Shown here: positions 1-13,399 of the stretch, piece by piece
How positions within the stretch are numbered: the stretch's first letter is position 1
How the letters are laid out: each line of letters opens with the position of its first letter
Assembly: GCF_001194135.2 (NCBI RefSeq)
Contig: NC_068998.1
Coordinates: forward strand, 39,439,225 to 39,497,588
Direction of reading: 5' to 3'
Source of the DNA: Octopus bimaculoides
Taxonomy: Eukaryota
Length of the DNA: 58,364 nt
The notes under the pieces: model-generated
What the model was told of the DNA's origin: nothing
What the model saw: the letters and a program-made list of their open reading frames with translations, nothing else
Database searches by the model: none
Made by a program: the position numbers and the translations under genes

Positions 1-240
1 TGTGCGGGTGGCACATAAAAGACACCATTTCGAGCGTGGCCGTTTTCGTGCGGGTGACACGTAAAAGCACCCACTACACTCTCTGAGTGGTTGGCGTTAG
101 GAAGAGCATCCAGCTGTAGAAACTCTGCCAAATCAGACTGGAGCCTGGTGTTGCCATCCGGTTTCACCAGTCCTCAGTCAAATCGTCCAACCCATGCTAG
201 CATGGAAAGCGGACGTTAAACGATGATGATGATGATGATG
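1..240 (+). mobile_element. RTE LINE 3' UTR copy
   Basis: Near-identical to the reverse complement of 16845-17064, with (GAT)n tail. Confidence 0.92.
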
Positions 241-397
241 ATATATATATTTATATATATATACATATACTTCACATTCCAAATTGTCAGGATCAGGAAC
301 AGGAAACTCAGAATGGTAATGCTCACAAAATTCAGTCCTCTACATCATTATCATCACAGTCGCCGTCGTCGTCGTTGTCGCCGTCGTCGTCATTGTC

Positions 398-751
398 ATC
401 ATCATTTTAATGTCCATTTTTCCATGGAATTTGTTGAAACAGATTTTCTACATATGGATGCCTTTCCTGTTGCCAAACCTCACCTGTTTCCAAGTAAAGC
501 AGCATTCCCCCATAGCCGGACATGTTTTCATGGAAGACTGGAAACAGGACACTGACTGTATGCTGTTCATGCTCATTTACAGCAATCACATGATAGGCTT
601 CTCTCAGTTTCCATCTACCAAATCCATTTACAAGGCTTTGGTCAGCCCAGGGTTATAGTAGGAGACACTTGCCCAAGGTGCCATGCAACGGGACCGAACC
701 TAGAACTATGTGGCTGGGATATAAGCTTCTTTCCACAGTCACACCTGCGCC
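398..751 (-). mobile_element. tRNA-head SINE family A with RTE-like tail
   Basis: A/B-box head (GGCTGTGTGG...GGTTC), body GGCAAGTGTCTTCTACTATAG...GGAAACTGAAAGAAGCC, tail GGCATCC...GTAGAAAATCTG...CCATGGAAAA.GGACATTAAAATGATG. Other copies at about 1432-1770 -, 17564-17712 +, 23659-24083 +, 24531-24931 +, 30220-30658 -, 40043-40580 -, 46985-47590 -. Confidence 0.88.
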
Positions 752-814
752 TTTCCCAAGCGTTAAACTAATACATCTGTTTGTTGTTTACACACCCGTC
801 TTTTGCTTTTTGTA

Positions 815-903
<89 letters not shown>

Positions 904-1161
904 GATAATGGAATTTATAAACATGTAATGCATCACTACGCATGTTTTCACAAATCTTGTCTTAAGATCACAGTCTGTATTCCTGGGATGATTACAGTGT
1001 AGTCCATAGTATCTGTGGGCATCGGGTTGATTATCTTTATGGATTCATTTCTTCAGGTGATAATAACATTAATGGATGTTTAACAGAAGGATGTTTATTC
1101 CTTTTGACCAGCGTGAATATTGATTGAATTATATATATATATATATACAGTTCAAATTTAC

Positions 1162-1280
1162 AGAAAACAAAAGACAAAAACAAGTGAGGGGAAAAACAAG
1201 CAGGCGGCGTATTAATTTGATGCTTAGGAAAATTGGAAAAGTCTTTGACATTTTGAGCCTATGCTCTTCGACAGAAAGGA
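1162..1280 (-). CDS. Candidate start-codon exon (MSKTFPIFLSIKLIRRLLVFPLTCFCLLFS, signal-peptide-like)
   Basis: Poly-T tract with CCCTCAG acceptor, ATG at 1251 (A at -3), weak TCT|GTAAAT donor. No homology recognised. Confidence 0.25.
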
Positions 1281-3645
1281 CTGAGGGAAAAAAAAAAAAT
1301 GGAGAACAAAAAAAAAAAACAGAGAGAGTAAAAATGTGTAGGGATTAACAGTTCAACATGATGAAATATGTTGACATATATTGTTGACATATTTCACTTT
1401 GGAAAGATATTTGAAAGAGACATGGCGCCTTTGAGTTGACTAAATGACTTTGTTGAAACAGATGTTCTGCATATATATATATTTTTCCTGTTGCCAACCC
1501 TCACCAGTATCCAAGTCAAGCAATGCTCCCCCATAGCCGGACATGTTTTCATGGAAGACTGGAAACAAGACACTGACTGCATGATGTTCATGCTCATTTA
1601 CAACTATCACATGATGGGCTTCTTTCAGTTTCCATCTACCAAATCCCTCACAAGGCTTTGGTCATCCCAGGGCTATAGAAGAAGACACTTGCCCAAGGTG
1701 CTATGCAGTGGGACTGAACGTGAAACCACATGATTAGGAAGCAAATTTTTCAACCACAGAACTATGCCTGAACAGACATAGGTATGAGGTTCAAAAGTTC
1801 ATTTCCTAACTGCATGGTTTTGCATTCATAGTCTTAAGTTTAAACTCTGAATACCTTGGGCAAACATCGTCTATTATAGCCCAAGGCCAACCAAAACCTT
1901 GTAAATGGATTTGGTAGATGGAAACTGAAACAAGCCTCTTGTGTATGTATGTGTTTGTATTTGTTTATATTTGTCTTTCTCAGAAGATTGTGAGCTAGAA
2001 GCAGTGTGGGCACTGTCATTTCTCCAGTCAACAAATCACTGGCTTTACACCTACAATGTGTGGATCAAAAAATCCTTTGCTTTAATAACACACACACACA
2101 CACAAAAAAAAGAGAGAGAAGTTGGCAACAGAAACAGTATTCAGCTCTTTCAGTTGCTAACCTTTCTTTTTGCATAATTAAGGTAAAATCATTTGCCTTA
2201 ATAGTTTGCAATTGTGTAACCCATGCCAGTGTGGAAAATCAGACGTAAAAATGAACAAATGAAACTGAAATGTACAAATTGCATCAATTTTGATAATTTT
2301 GTGTGGGAGAGTAATTAATGAGATTGCAGTAGTTTTGTAAGTTCACCCTGTTTGGAAACCAGCCAACACTAGTTGTATCGACTTCATTGAAACAGTGACA
2401 TTTAACATCATCTCCCAACAACGATACGGTCAATATGGGGTCAGGTTGTTTATTCTAGGAAAATCGTAGGTATGACTGTATGGTTAAGATATTTGCTTCC
2501 CAACTACACAGTTCTTCATTCAGTCCTATAGTGTTAGACTTTGGGCAAGTGTCTTGTATAGACCTGGGCTGATCAAAGCCTTGTGAGTGGTTTTGATCGA
2601 TGAAAACTGTAAGAAGCTCATCATGTATGTGTGTATGTGCTTGTGGGTATGCATGTGTGAGTTTGTGTGTGCATGCGTGCATGCATACATTTGTGCTTCT
2701 CAGGAAAGTCACTCAACAACAGGTGGCAATAATAGTATTTTCCCTGTTATTTTCTGCATCTTCAAAGGTTTGTGGAATAAGATATTCCTTAATTGAAAAA
2801 AAAAACATGTAAGGGTTAGCAATGGGAAGGACACCAAGCTGTAAAACAACTCACCTCAGACAAATAAGTATTTTTCTTAGAAGTTTGGCAATTCATAAAC
2901 TAAAGTTTAAACCTTACCACTAATAGCAGTAGAGTATACAGGCCAGCTATTAGCTACACTAGGCAGATGCTTCAGAAACATAAACTATGTTCCTATATGC
3001 AAAAACTGAAATGTCAACAGGAAAACACTAGCATCTGGTTTAAAGATAATCCATCTATTAGCCAAGCCAGAGCGGGAGTCTCTGTATGGTGTCGTTCTAA
3101 CCTCAGGCTGAGCAATAGTTGGTGAGAAACAATTGATGGATAGAAACTACTGCAGAAGTTTGTTGTGTACATGTGTGTGTGCTTATAGTCGGGTCTCAAC
3201 TCCTGTAGAAATTTTAGGGACACTGTTATAGCATGGCCAATGTTTGGCACACTAAATCAAGCAGAACCAATCCCTTACCAGGTTTTGACAGAGGTAATTC
3301 CTTCTTGAAAAAAAGGAGTGTGTGAGAGAAAGAGAAAGTGAGAGAAGGCAAGAGAAGCATCAACCAGTGTACCTGACTTGGTAGTTTATTTATTATTGAC
3401 CACAAAAGGATGAAAGGCAAAGATGACTTTGGTGGTATTTGAACCCAGAGTGCAGAGAAAGGAACAAATGCTACAAAGCACTTTACCTGAAGCCCTAATG
3501 ACTTGCCACAACACACACACAGGCATATATATATGCATGTATATACATACATACACAAATGTAAATACAATTCAGGGATCCAAGTGTAGGAAGTTATAAG
3601 CTTCAAGCAATTAGGCAGCTGGTAGACAGGACAAAAAGTGGACAG

Positions 3646-3686
<41 letters not shown>

Positions 3687-3819
3687 TAGATTCAAAATTG
3701 AATGTGGCACCAGGTATGGTATTATCCAAACAATTCCAAAAACAAGGTGATCAAAAATTAATGCAATGAAACGTGCGTACTGCAATAACCTTTAAAATCC
3801 GTGTTGCTTTTTTTGATAT

Positions 3820-3850
<31 letters not shown>

Positions 3851-3990
3851 CACACACACACATACATATCTATTAACATTGGAAATTACATAGTTCTTCC
3901 CATATCAAAGTTAAATGGAATTTCGATAAGCTAACTATCTCCATACAACTCACAGTTTAGCAACTAATTGCTGCGAACAAAGTGAATAAA

Positions 3991-4234
3991 TATTCGAAAA
4001 ATAAAGAGTGGAACAAGTAGAATATCAACTATAATTGTTTCATAACCAGTTGTAGTTCATTATGTAAACAGATTTGTTTACTTCTAGTGACAATGTAAAC
4101 TTCGTTGAGGTGACTACAACCTGAAGATTAGCTAAGCTGTGTTGTGTCTGTTACTACCAATGTAATGAATTTCAGCAACTTATGAAACAATTGTAATCAA
4201 TATTCTACCTGTTCCACTCCTTATTTTTTGGATA
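3991..4234. mobile_element. MITE with about 55-bp imperfect TIRs, TA flanks
   Basis: TATTCGAAAAATAAAGAGTGGAACAAGTAGAATA... is inverted at ...TATTCTACCTGTTCCACTCCTTATTTTTTGGATA, with about 8 mismatches. Confidence 0.8.
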
Positions 4235-4424
4235 TATATATGCACACACATCAATAGGTAAACCAATAAACTGGTATGTCAAACAGAAATACCTTGTGGG
4301 ATCTATTTTCTCCAAGAAGCATAGACAATATCAGAAACCCAATGAACCAGAGACTGGGTCCATTATAAAACCATAACTAACACTGTTGTTCATAAAATGC
4401 AATATGAATGTTGATAAGAAGTAA

Positions 4425-4977
4425 CGGATCTATTTTAAAACGGGGGCCACATTTTTCATTAATGTTTTACGTAGTGTTTTTGGTACGGAAAGACTTTCAA
4501 ACTTCGTATACTTATCTATTTTGTGTTATAGAACAGAAAAATATTTTTGTATTCGAATTTATTTCATGTAAAAAATTGTCTTATTTCGATAATTTCAACC
4601 AATCACTGACAAGTATTCAGTTGTTTACATTTACTCCTTTGGCTGATTAAGCGATGTAAAGCGTATTTAATCTCCATACCTTCGTTTTATTTGCTTTTTT
4701 CATTTTAAATTTGCTTTAACCCTAACCCTAACCCTACGGTTAGGGTTAGGGTTAATTGTTTCAGAATCGTTTGTTTATGTAGTCGGCTGAATGGACGTCA
4801 GTGATTGGTTGAAATTACAGAAATACGACAACTTTAACATGGAATAACTTATGGATTTCTTTTTTTTTTAAGAAGACTAAGAGAAAAAGATGTTTTATAT
4901 GACACATTCTACCAGTGTTCCAAGTTTCAAAGTGTTTCGTTAATGAAAAATGTGGCCCCCGTTTTAAAAAAGATCCG
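4425..4977. mobile_element. Non-autonomous TIR element, 40-bp TIR, 6-bp TSD AAGTAA, internal telomere-repeat hairpin
   Basis: CGGATCTATTTTAAAACGGGGGCCACATTTTTCATTAATG and its inverse (2 mismatches). AAGTAA at 4419-4424 and 4978-4983. Confidence 0.9.
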
Positions 4978-5262
4978 AAGTAACTCCTGATCGTTGCTGG
5001 CAGAAGGTCTACGTTTAGGGTTTCCAAGAAAGAATACACTGCAACAAGTTCTTGGTATTTTCTCTGCATAAGTCAACACACCTTTGGTCTTTCAACTAGG
5101 TGACTAACAGTATCAAACAAAGGAAGAATCTGTGTGTTTGCTTGATCTGCTACAAATAGCAGCAATATCTCTTCAGATAACATCCTACTTTTAAAAGGTA
5201 AGGATACATTGAATAATACAATCATCTATAAATTCATATATATATATCTGTATATCATTAGC

Positions 5263-5460
5263 ATCATCATTTAACGTCTGCTTTCCATGCTAGCATGGGT
5301 TGGACGATTTGACTGGGAACTGGCGAACCAAATGGCTACACCAGACTCCAATCTGATCTGGCAGAGTTTCTACAGCTGGATGCCCTTCCTAACACCAACC
5401 ACTCAGAGTGTAGTGGGTGCTTTTTACGTGCCACCGGCATGAGGGTCAGTCTGGCAGTAG
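5263..5460 (-). mobile_element. RTE LINE 3' UTR copy
   Basis: Same GGAAGGGCATCCAGCTGTAGAAAC...CCCATGCTAGCATGGAAAG motifs, reversed. Confidence 0.9.
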
Positions 5461-5626
5461 GATGATCATAGCTAAACATCTTTGATAATAGGCTTGCTTG
5501 ATTAGTCAGGACTGCTCTGGAGTTAAACAACAATCTTTCCTGACTTTGATCCAATTCAAAATTTTTACATTCTTTCATGTTTAAATACATATACATTTAC
5601 CTTTTTCTTTCTTTTTTTTTTTCCAG

Positions 5627-5701
5627 CTGGTTGGATATTTCTGCAAATGTTGAGATTTACAACTGGAAACTAACAACAGAATTGACAGAAACTATTCTTT
5701 G
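5627..5701 (+). other. Candidate plus-strand exon (75 nt; one open frame WLDISANVEIYNWKLTTELTETIL)
   Basis: About 25-nt pyrimidine tract with CCAG acceptor and TG|GTAAGG donor, in non-repeat sequence. Confidence 0.4.
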
Positions 5702-6019
5702 GTAAGGTTGTTTGGCATTTATTCTATCAGTTTCCTTTGTCAAACTGCTAAGCTACAGGGACATAAACAAACCAACACTAGTTGTCAAGTAGTGGAGGGG
5801 ATAAACACAAGCATATATATGTTGGGCTTCCACACAATTTCTGCCTACCAAATTCACACACAAGGCATTGGTTGGCCAAGTGCTAAAGTAGAAGACGCTT
5901 GCCCAAAGTGTTATGCAGCAGAAGTGAGTCTGAAATCATGTGGTCATAAAGTGAGCTTCTAAAACTACACAGCCATGCCGGCACCCAGAAAAAAAACAAA
6001 AAACAAATAGGATGATCAT

Positions 6020-6468
6020 AAAAGTGCCAGTGTGATGCCACGTAAAAGTGCCCATGTGGTGCCACCTAAAAGCACCCAGCACACTATAAAGTGGTTGGTA
6101 TTAGGAAGGACGTCCAGCCATAAAAATCATCAGATTCTTCAGCTTGCCAGCATGGACAAGGGATGCTAAAGATGATGATGATGATAGATGGAACACTTTT
6201 GATCAGAGAGATTGACCTGGGGCTAAACATCACCAAAAACATCTATTTTTTTTTGTCCTCTTCCTCCTCTCCCTATAGTGTATTTCTCTTACAAAGCCCT
6301 GAACCAAATATTGCCCTCTATTGGCGTTAGGAAGGGCATCCAGTTGTAGAAATACTGCCAGATCAGATTGGAGCCTGGTGTAGCTATCTGATTCACCAGT
6401 CCTCAGTCAAATCGTCCAACCCATGCTAGCATGGAAAGCGGATGTTAAACGATGACGATGATGATGAC
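6020..6468 (+). mobile_element. Two RTE 3' UTR fragments (about 6020-6185 and 6321-6468)
   Basis: Shared UTR motifs and GAT tails. Confidence 0.85.
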
Positions 6469-6689
6469 AAAGTATGAGGCCCTTTTTAAAAAAAGAAATA
6501 ACAGGTTCCTGATTTAGGCCCAAAGCCAGCAATTTTTAGTGAAAGGGTTTAGTTGATACCATCATCCCCAGTACACAACTGGTACTTTATTTATTCAACC
6601 AACTTGAGTGGTACTTTATAAGGAAATAATATAGTCAATTGAACCAACTCTGGTATGTTCTAGTGGGTGCTCTAGGGTCATAAGGCTGC

Positions 6690-7195
6690 CACCTCTAGAC
6701 AAATCTATCTCAAATTATACCCTAATGTCTGAAAAAAAAGTGGGTGAGCAAGATGCAACCACAATATATACAAAAAAATGGTGAAGTTCATGGTTGGAAC
6801 ATCTTTGAACGTAGGTCACTGCCTGCTGCCCAATCTCATATCACACCTTAGCATTTAAAAAAGGACAGGATACATTCACTATACATATATGAAATGAGAA
6901 GATAGTGATAACTGGAACATCTTTGAATATTGGCAGCCAACCCTAACCTGAGCATTTTAGAAAAAGAAAGATACATTCACTATACATACAAAAGATGGGA
7001 TAGTCACAGCTGGACTGTCTTTGGATATAGGCTGTCACCAGCAGCCAAATCTCTTTCAAATTTTACCACAGCATTTTAAAAAAGGAAGAACAGGACACAT
7101 TCACTATAAATACAAATAAATGAGTTAGTCAGAGTTGGACCACTTTTTATCATAGGTCTGTTTAGATCATGACTGGCCTGGGGTTTAACAACAGC
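6690..7195 (+). repeat. About four degenerate tandem units (about 105-125 bp) of an interspersed repeat
   Basis: Recurrent CAAATCTC...GCATTTAAAAAAGGA..GATACATTCACTATA...TGGAACATCTTTGA. Related single copies near 5130-5220, 10860-11050 and 29560-29700. Confidence 0.7.
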
Positions 7196-8710
7196 AAAAA
7201 CTAGGAATTGAAATCAACACTGTGCTCAAATCTTGCCATGGTCAACTTTGCCTTTCATCCCTTCAGGATTGGGAAATAAGTACCAAACCAGGGCAGTAGA
7301 TTGGTAGAACTGTTGGATTCTGAGTTCAAATCTTGTGGCCTTCTTGGGTAACAGATTTAATCTGTAATCCAATTTAAAGCCACTTACGTGATACTTTGGA
7401 TGTATTTGGTGGAGTCTACCTTACTGCAAGACCTAGGGCCAGGTCACCTGAGTTTGAGGATATCTTCCTCCCTCCTCCCCTTCTCACACTAGTCTTGGAG
7501 GCCATGTGAAGGGCTACAGGCATTACCTTCTCTAAATGACTTAGATTTAGACTAAGGTCTGTCACGAGCCCTTAGGACTCATAAGGTCAGAGCCTAACTT
7601 AGTTTTGACAGCACATAGGTGACTGAGACTGCAAACCACCACCACCCACTGGACAAAATGTCAGTCCATCTTGGACCCAAGCGACTGCTGGAACTCATTT
7701 ACAGCTGAGTGAACTGGAGCAATGTGAAATGCAGTGTTTTGCTCTCAAGAAGACAAAACACTGCCCAGTCAAGGAATCGAGACCACAATCTTATGATCAC
7801 AAGTGCAATACCTGAACCACTAGGCCACATGCTTTCACAACTGACTAAAATGATAAACACACTGGAAGCCAATGCAAAAACAAAAAACAAAAAAACTAGC
7901 CAACTTCACAGTCATATCAAATTGTATAGTATGCTTATTACTATCAAGTGATACCCATTTTACAGCCTAAGTGGACTGAGTGATTGAAGGAGTTCACTGG
8001 ATGGCTCTCAAGTATTCTGTCATCTCAGCTGCTAGGATTTATTTTATTGACATCTGGAGGGATTTGAATACAGAATGCAAAAGAAACCGATACAATAAGT
8101 ACTAGGCTTACAAAGAATAAGTCCTGGGGTTGATTTGCTCGACTAAAGGTGGTGCTCCAGCATGGCCGCAGTCAAATGATTGAAACAGGTAAAAGAGTAA
8201 AGAGAGTATCTGTGTGAAGATGTGGCCTAGCGGTAAGGGTGTTAACTCTATGATTATACAATCATGGGTTCAATTCCTAGACTGAGACGTGCATTGTGTC
8301 CCCGGGCAAGCACTCTCCTTCCAGTTGTCACATCCTTGATGAGTGTGAGATCATGGAGTGTGTAAGCATTTTCACTACAACATGGTCGCTTAAAACAATT
8401 AGTAAATCCATTGAACTCATTTGTGAACGATAGCTATGCTGTTCTGTTTTTCAGATCTGATGATCAGAGAGACCTATTATACATTAAAGTGTAATGTCTG
8501 TCTCTGTTGAAATATAAAGACTATCCTTTCACATATATGTTTGACAAATGAGAAGACTACAATATGTAACCCCACACTATATCATTCAAAACGACATCCA
8601 TTGTAAATTGTCCATCCCATTTTCACTGGTGGTGGCAAAGAGGCATATTGTCTAAATAATACAGGAAGTAAAATATGCAACATTGGTTGAATAAATCAAG
8701 AAACTATGTT

Positions 8711-8757
<47 letters not shown>

Positions 8758-9549
8758 CACAAACAACAGGCTTTTTTCAGTTTCCATCAACCAAATCCAC
8801 ACATAAGGCTTTGGATGGCCTGATGGTAGAAGACACTTGCCCAAAGTGCCATGCTGTGAGACTGAACCTGGAATCATGTGGTTGGGAAGAAAGCTTCTTA
8901 CCCGACAACCACGTCTCCTATTTTGATCCTCACAGTAGATCAGCAATTTCCAACTCTTTTTGATCCACAGCACAAATTAGGGCTAAAAGTATTACAACAC
9001 ATCATGAGTTTTTAAAAATCTTTATGATATTCTTTTATTACATGTCCCCAGACAAAGAAATGCGCTAGAACTTATAGTATTTATTAATAGGCAACAAACC
9101 ACAACATACAAAAATTAGCACAGAGCTCCTGGATCTGTTGGAGGCCCACAAGCACCTGCCCAGTATACTTAATGTCTTACAACTGCACTGGCTAAGGGAT
9201 CACTGTCCTCGACAGTGTAGTAGAACAAATTGCCCCCAGTGTTTATTTTAAGTCTGGAACTTATTATTCCATAATGCTGTTTTCGGTCGAACTGTTAAGA
9301 AGCTACAGGACATAAACAAACCAACACCAGTTGTCAAGTTGCAGAGACTAACATAATCGCAAAGACGCGCGTGCACACACAAGATGGGCTTCTATACAGT
9401 TCCCATCTACCACATTCACTCACAACGATTGGTCAACCTAGGGTTATAATGGAAGATACTGACCCAAGATGTCAAGCAGGAGTACTGAACCCGAAGCCAT
9501 GTAGTTGAGAAGTTGACTTTACAATATATAACAAGTATTAAAACTGTTT

Positions 9550-12500
9550 TAAACAGAGATTGGTGCGGGCAATGCACGTCGCTCAGCATACCGGCAACCC
9601 AAACGTGACACACTAAAGTCTCTCGACACAATTGTTGAAAACATTTAACAAAGAGATTCCCCTGTTACCTCTAACTTTTGAGCGAAAGTAAAGAATACGC
9701 ACATCCGGTGTTAGGGTTAGGGCTTTTGCTTCGCCGAAAACGGGTGGTGTGCGTATTATTTACCTCCGCCTAACTTTTATAGGGTCCCAAGCGAGATTTC
9801 AAGGCACGAGGGAGTGGAGTCCCTCAACGAGTTTGTTTAACCTACTTGATATAACAAAATGTCCCTGAAGGCATGCCCTACCGCTTTACAGAAGGGGGAA
9901 AGACATATTGAATGCGGTCTTAGTTACAATGTCTAAAACGACGGTGTAGTCATAGGCCTGCCCCTTCAGAGCTCACCCAAGAGCAAATAGTCTACCCAAG
10001 CAGAACTGACCATAGACAGCGCTATGATATAAGCCTAGTAACAATGTGTTCTATTGACCATCACACACACGCACGCACATGTATTAAGACAGAAATAACT
10101 TCCCGAGCGATCTTTCATATTATAAACGTAAACTCAGACAAAACAAAAACAAGATGTAATACAAACACAAAAGTTTATGCATACATAATTAATATCTGTA
10201 AATATAAATGAGATATTGATTAAGATATTTTTTAATCCAACATGTACAGTATTTCAGACATTGTTTATACCAGTTCTACGTAGGATTTCTTCGGTCGTTT
10301 GCTTAAGAATCTGGCCAAGCCTTTGCTAAATACTTTCCACGTTAAATGTGTAGTTTTTTCTCTCTTTTTACTTAAAAAAAAATATTAAATCTACATATTT
10401 GAAGTTCTACTGTTATTAAGGTTTCTATTTGGATTTATTTATATGAAGGACAACCCATTAAGTCATTCCTGTGCCGTAGTGTATAACGGAACCACGAAAA
10501 CCGATGCTGTAAAGCAACGGGACCCCGCATTTTAAAGCCGCAAAGTACGGGACACCCCAAAACAACTATACATAATTGAACACTGATGGAAACTATTAAA
10601 GGAATTAATCTTTATAATGAATTTCCCGTTATCTCTACCTTCTAATTCTTCACATCTGTTTTGGAAGATTCTAAGCTGTAGTTTCCCTCAAATCACATAT
10701 CGCCTTAAATTTAAAATGGGAAGGAGAAATGCGTAGAGAAAAGACGAGATGGTCGCGACTGATATATTTATAATAGATTTGCCTGAGTACAGCTGATTCG
10801 GTGCCAAACAACAATATCGACATTACCATCTGCAGAACCAACAAGGCAGCTCATATATGGTTACTCGAACAGCGAGAAATAGCAGTCAAATCTCCTTCAA
10901 AATCACCCTGCCATTTAAAAATGAACGCATTGGATGTGGATACGGGGTTTGGATTTGCTGCACATAGGAAAAAATCGACAAGATAGTCACGGTTGTAAAG
11001 CCTTTGATCATTGATCATGGACCTGCTAAATCAAGCTTAACAACGGGCTAAACAACAAACCATGCCTAATTAATATTATCTTCATTTTCATTATTAACGA
11101 ATATTGGCACTGTGCCCCATGTCTTAATTAGCACAGTCGCATCGCTGAATACCGAGTTTTTAGTATTCACTCATGCTAAAATACTGAAAATAACTTTTTT
11201 CCCATCCCAACTTTCCTTAAATTATCGCAAATCCTCCAAAATATAAACAAATGTTTTATAGATATAGATGTTTGTTCTGTCCGAATATGAAGACTTAGCA
11301 AACGAGAAGTGTCAAACATCTAAAAATAACATAAATCGTTCGTTCCATTCCTGGACTTACCAAACCCCGACCGTCGTATATCACAAAATTCCATAATCCT
11401 CTAATTACCATCAATTATAAATGAGGATCTGAAGTGATCACAAGAGGACAAGGTACTGAATAAACTTATTATGGCATCAAATAAAGCTGTCGCTAATCAG
11501 AAAATGTTTTTGGACCATATTGCTTAAGAAATCTGAATTTTTTTGTATTGTTCTTTTTTTTTGTGTGTGTGTGTATGTTTTGGGTTTTATCAATAGAAAA
11601 ATATTTTATTGAAAGCAATTTATTGTTAAAAAGAAAAAAAATATTTTAGCATATTCGAAAACGTATACACATAAACAAAAATAGGGGTTAAATATATTAA
11701 AAATTTTTTTAAAAACGCATGATCCGCAACTCCGCAGAATTTTCTAATATTTATTCATTTTGATTCGTCCCAGTGATTTAACTATTTTCCAATAAATTCT
11801 TATTTTGGCTATTTGGCTTCCAAACACGAATAATGGGAGTTTATTTAGATAAGGCACAAGCCCCTCATTTTCTTTTGAAGAAATACAGGTCATCTGAATA
11901 GATATGAAGAATATAACGGGTACTAAGTCCAAATTAACAAATAAAAGGATTTTTCCCAGAGTATATGTGTGAAATAACTTTGTTTCCTACTTTCTTTCTC
12001 AACGTCCACACCCCTTGTTTATATATGTGGAGGTGTGAGTGTACATATATCTATATACATATACACACGCGCATACACCCTTCCTACTCACACCATGACT
12101 ACGAGACCAGTAACAGGGCAAGTACCCACACCTGTACTGGTAACAGAAAGTATATGTATACTTCTCGAAAATTAAATCGCTTATCATAAGTTTGAGGGAA
12201 AGAGAAGAATAAAAAAACATGTTGCTTATTCATCGGAATATATTCATAACCTGTTGATGCGTACTAGTTTAGATTAAGTACCAAATATTAAGGATTACCC
12301 GAAGCAAAAAATGGAATACCAATATTGAATGAAAAGTAAAAAAAAAGCTAAAAAGAAACAAAACAAAACAAAAACATCCTAACAGATAACTAAAACCGAA
12401 AGCAATTATTTAAAATAACAAGAACTATAACAATCTTCCAAAACCTCGAAGTGCCAGTAGCGTAAGGTCAATGTACATAAATGGCAATGTTATATATCTG

Positions 12501-13360
12501 ATAAATATCTGTCTCAGACACATAGTTAGCGGGGTCTAAGAGTTTGGCGGGAATTGAGACCATTAAATAGCAATTTTAGACGATGGTTATAATTTTGTAG
12601 ATGGGTTTATATGTATATATTTAATCAGATCTATCAGTACTTACCGTTGATCAGAAATATTCACTGCTGTAAAAAAAATCCACTAGATGCTGTTGAATGT
12701 AAAACTAACCCGTTGCTGACATCAGAATTAAACTTACGGAAGACCGGCCGACGTGAGAGAGGGAAGAGAGAAAGGAAGAGACAACTACGTGCCTTCTCCT
12801 TTACTGCTTCTGCAGCTCCCATTCATTTGTTCTCTCTCTAATTTTTTCTTTCTTTCTCTCCCTCCCACCTCTCTATCTTTGTCAACGTCAGAAAGTACCT
12901 CACTGTTTTTTTTTCTCCTTTCTTCTCTCTCTTTATTTCAGTGTCTGTCTGTCTCTCTGTATTTCTTTCTCTCTCTTTCTGTTTCTCTCTCTATGTAAAT
13001 AATTCTATTTCTTTCTGTTGTAGGAAAATGTAAAGCAGTGTTTCTTCGTTCTTTCTTTTCTTTTCTTTTTTATCTTTCTGGCTTTTACAATCTATCTATT
13101 TGTCTAACTATTTATTAACACTCCTACACTATATTTTTTTATTATACACTCCTATATTTCAATTTTCATGCCATTATCACTTTTACAATCTATCTATCTA
13201 TCTATCTCTTCTACACCTTTTTCTTTCTTGCTTCCTCCTCGCCTCCCTTTCATTCTCTTTCTTTCTCTACTACTCAGATCTTAGTTTCTGTTTCTTTTTT
13301 ATTTCTCTCTATGTCTCTTACTATCTGTACTCTATTGGTACCACTTTTTCCATGTCTCTT

Positions 13361-13399
<39 letters not shown>

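Noticed and set aside
223-555. ORFs rich in poly-Met, His, Ile, Tyr-Ile or Cys-Val throughout the ORF track
   Set aside because: They are translations of (GAT)n, (TA)n and (TG)n microsatellites and SINE bodies, with no domain content.
2713-2787. Minus-strand exon (EYLIPQTFEDAENNRENTIIATCC*)
   Set aside because: AAG acceptor and GTGACT donor are both weak, and there is no homology. Kept only as a possibility for the unidentified gene.
4716-4755. Telomere-fusion scar
   Set aside because: The order is CCCTAA then TTAGGG, the opposite of an end-to-end fusion, and it lies inside a TIR element.
6690-7195. CRISPR-like repeat-spacer appearance
   Set aside because: Eukaryotic context, degenerate long units, no constant short repeat with unique spacers, and no cas genes.
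9710-9722. TTAGGGTTAGGG as interstitial telomere
   Set aside because: Only two units; expected by chance.
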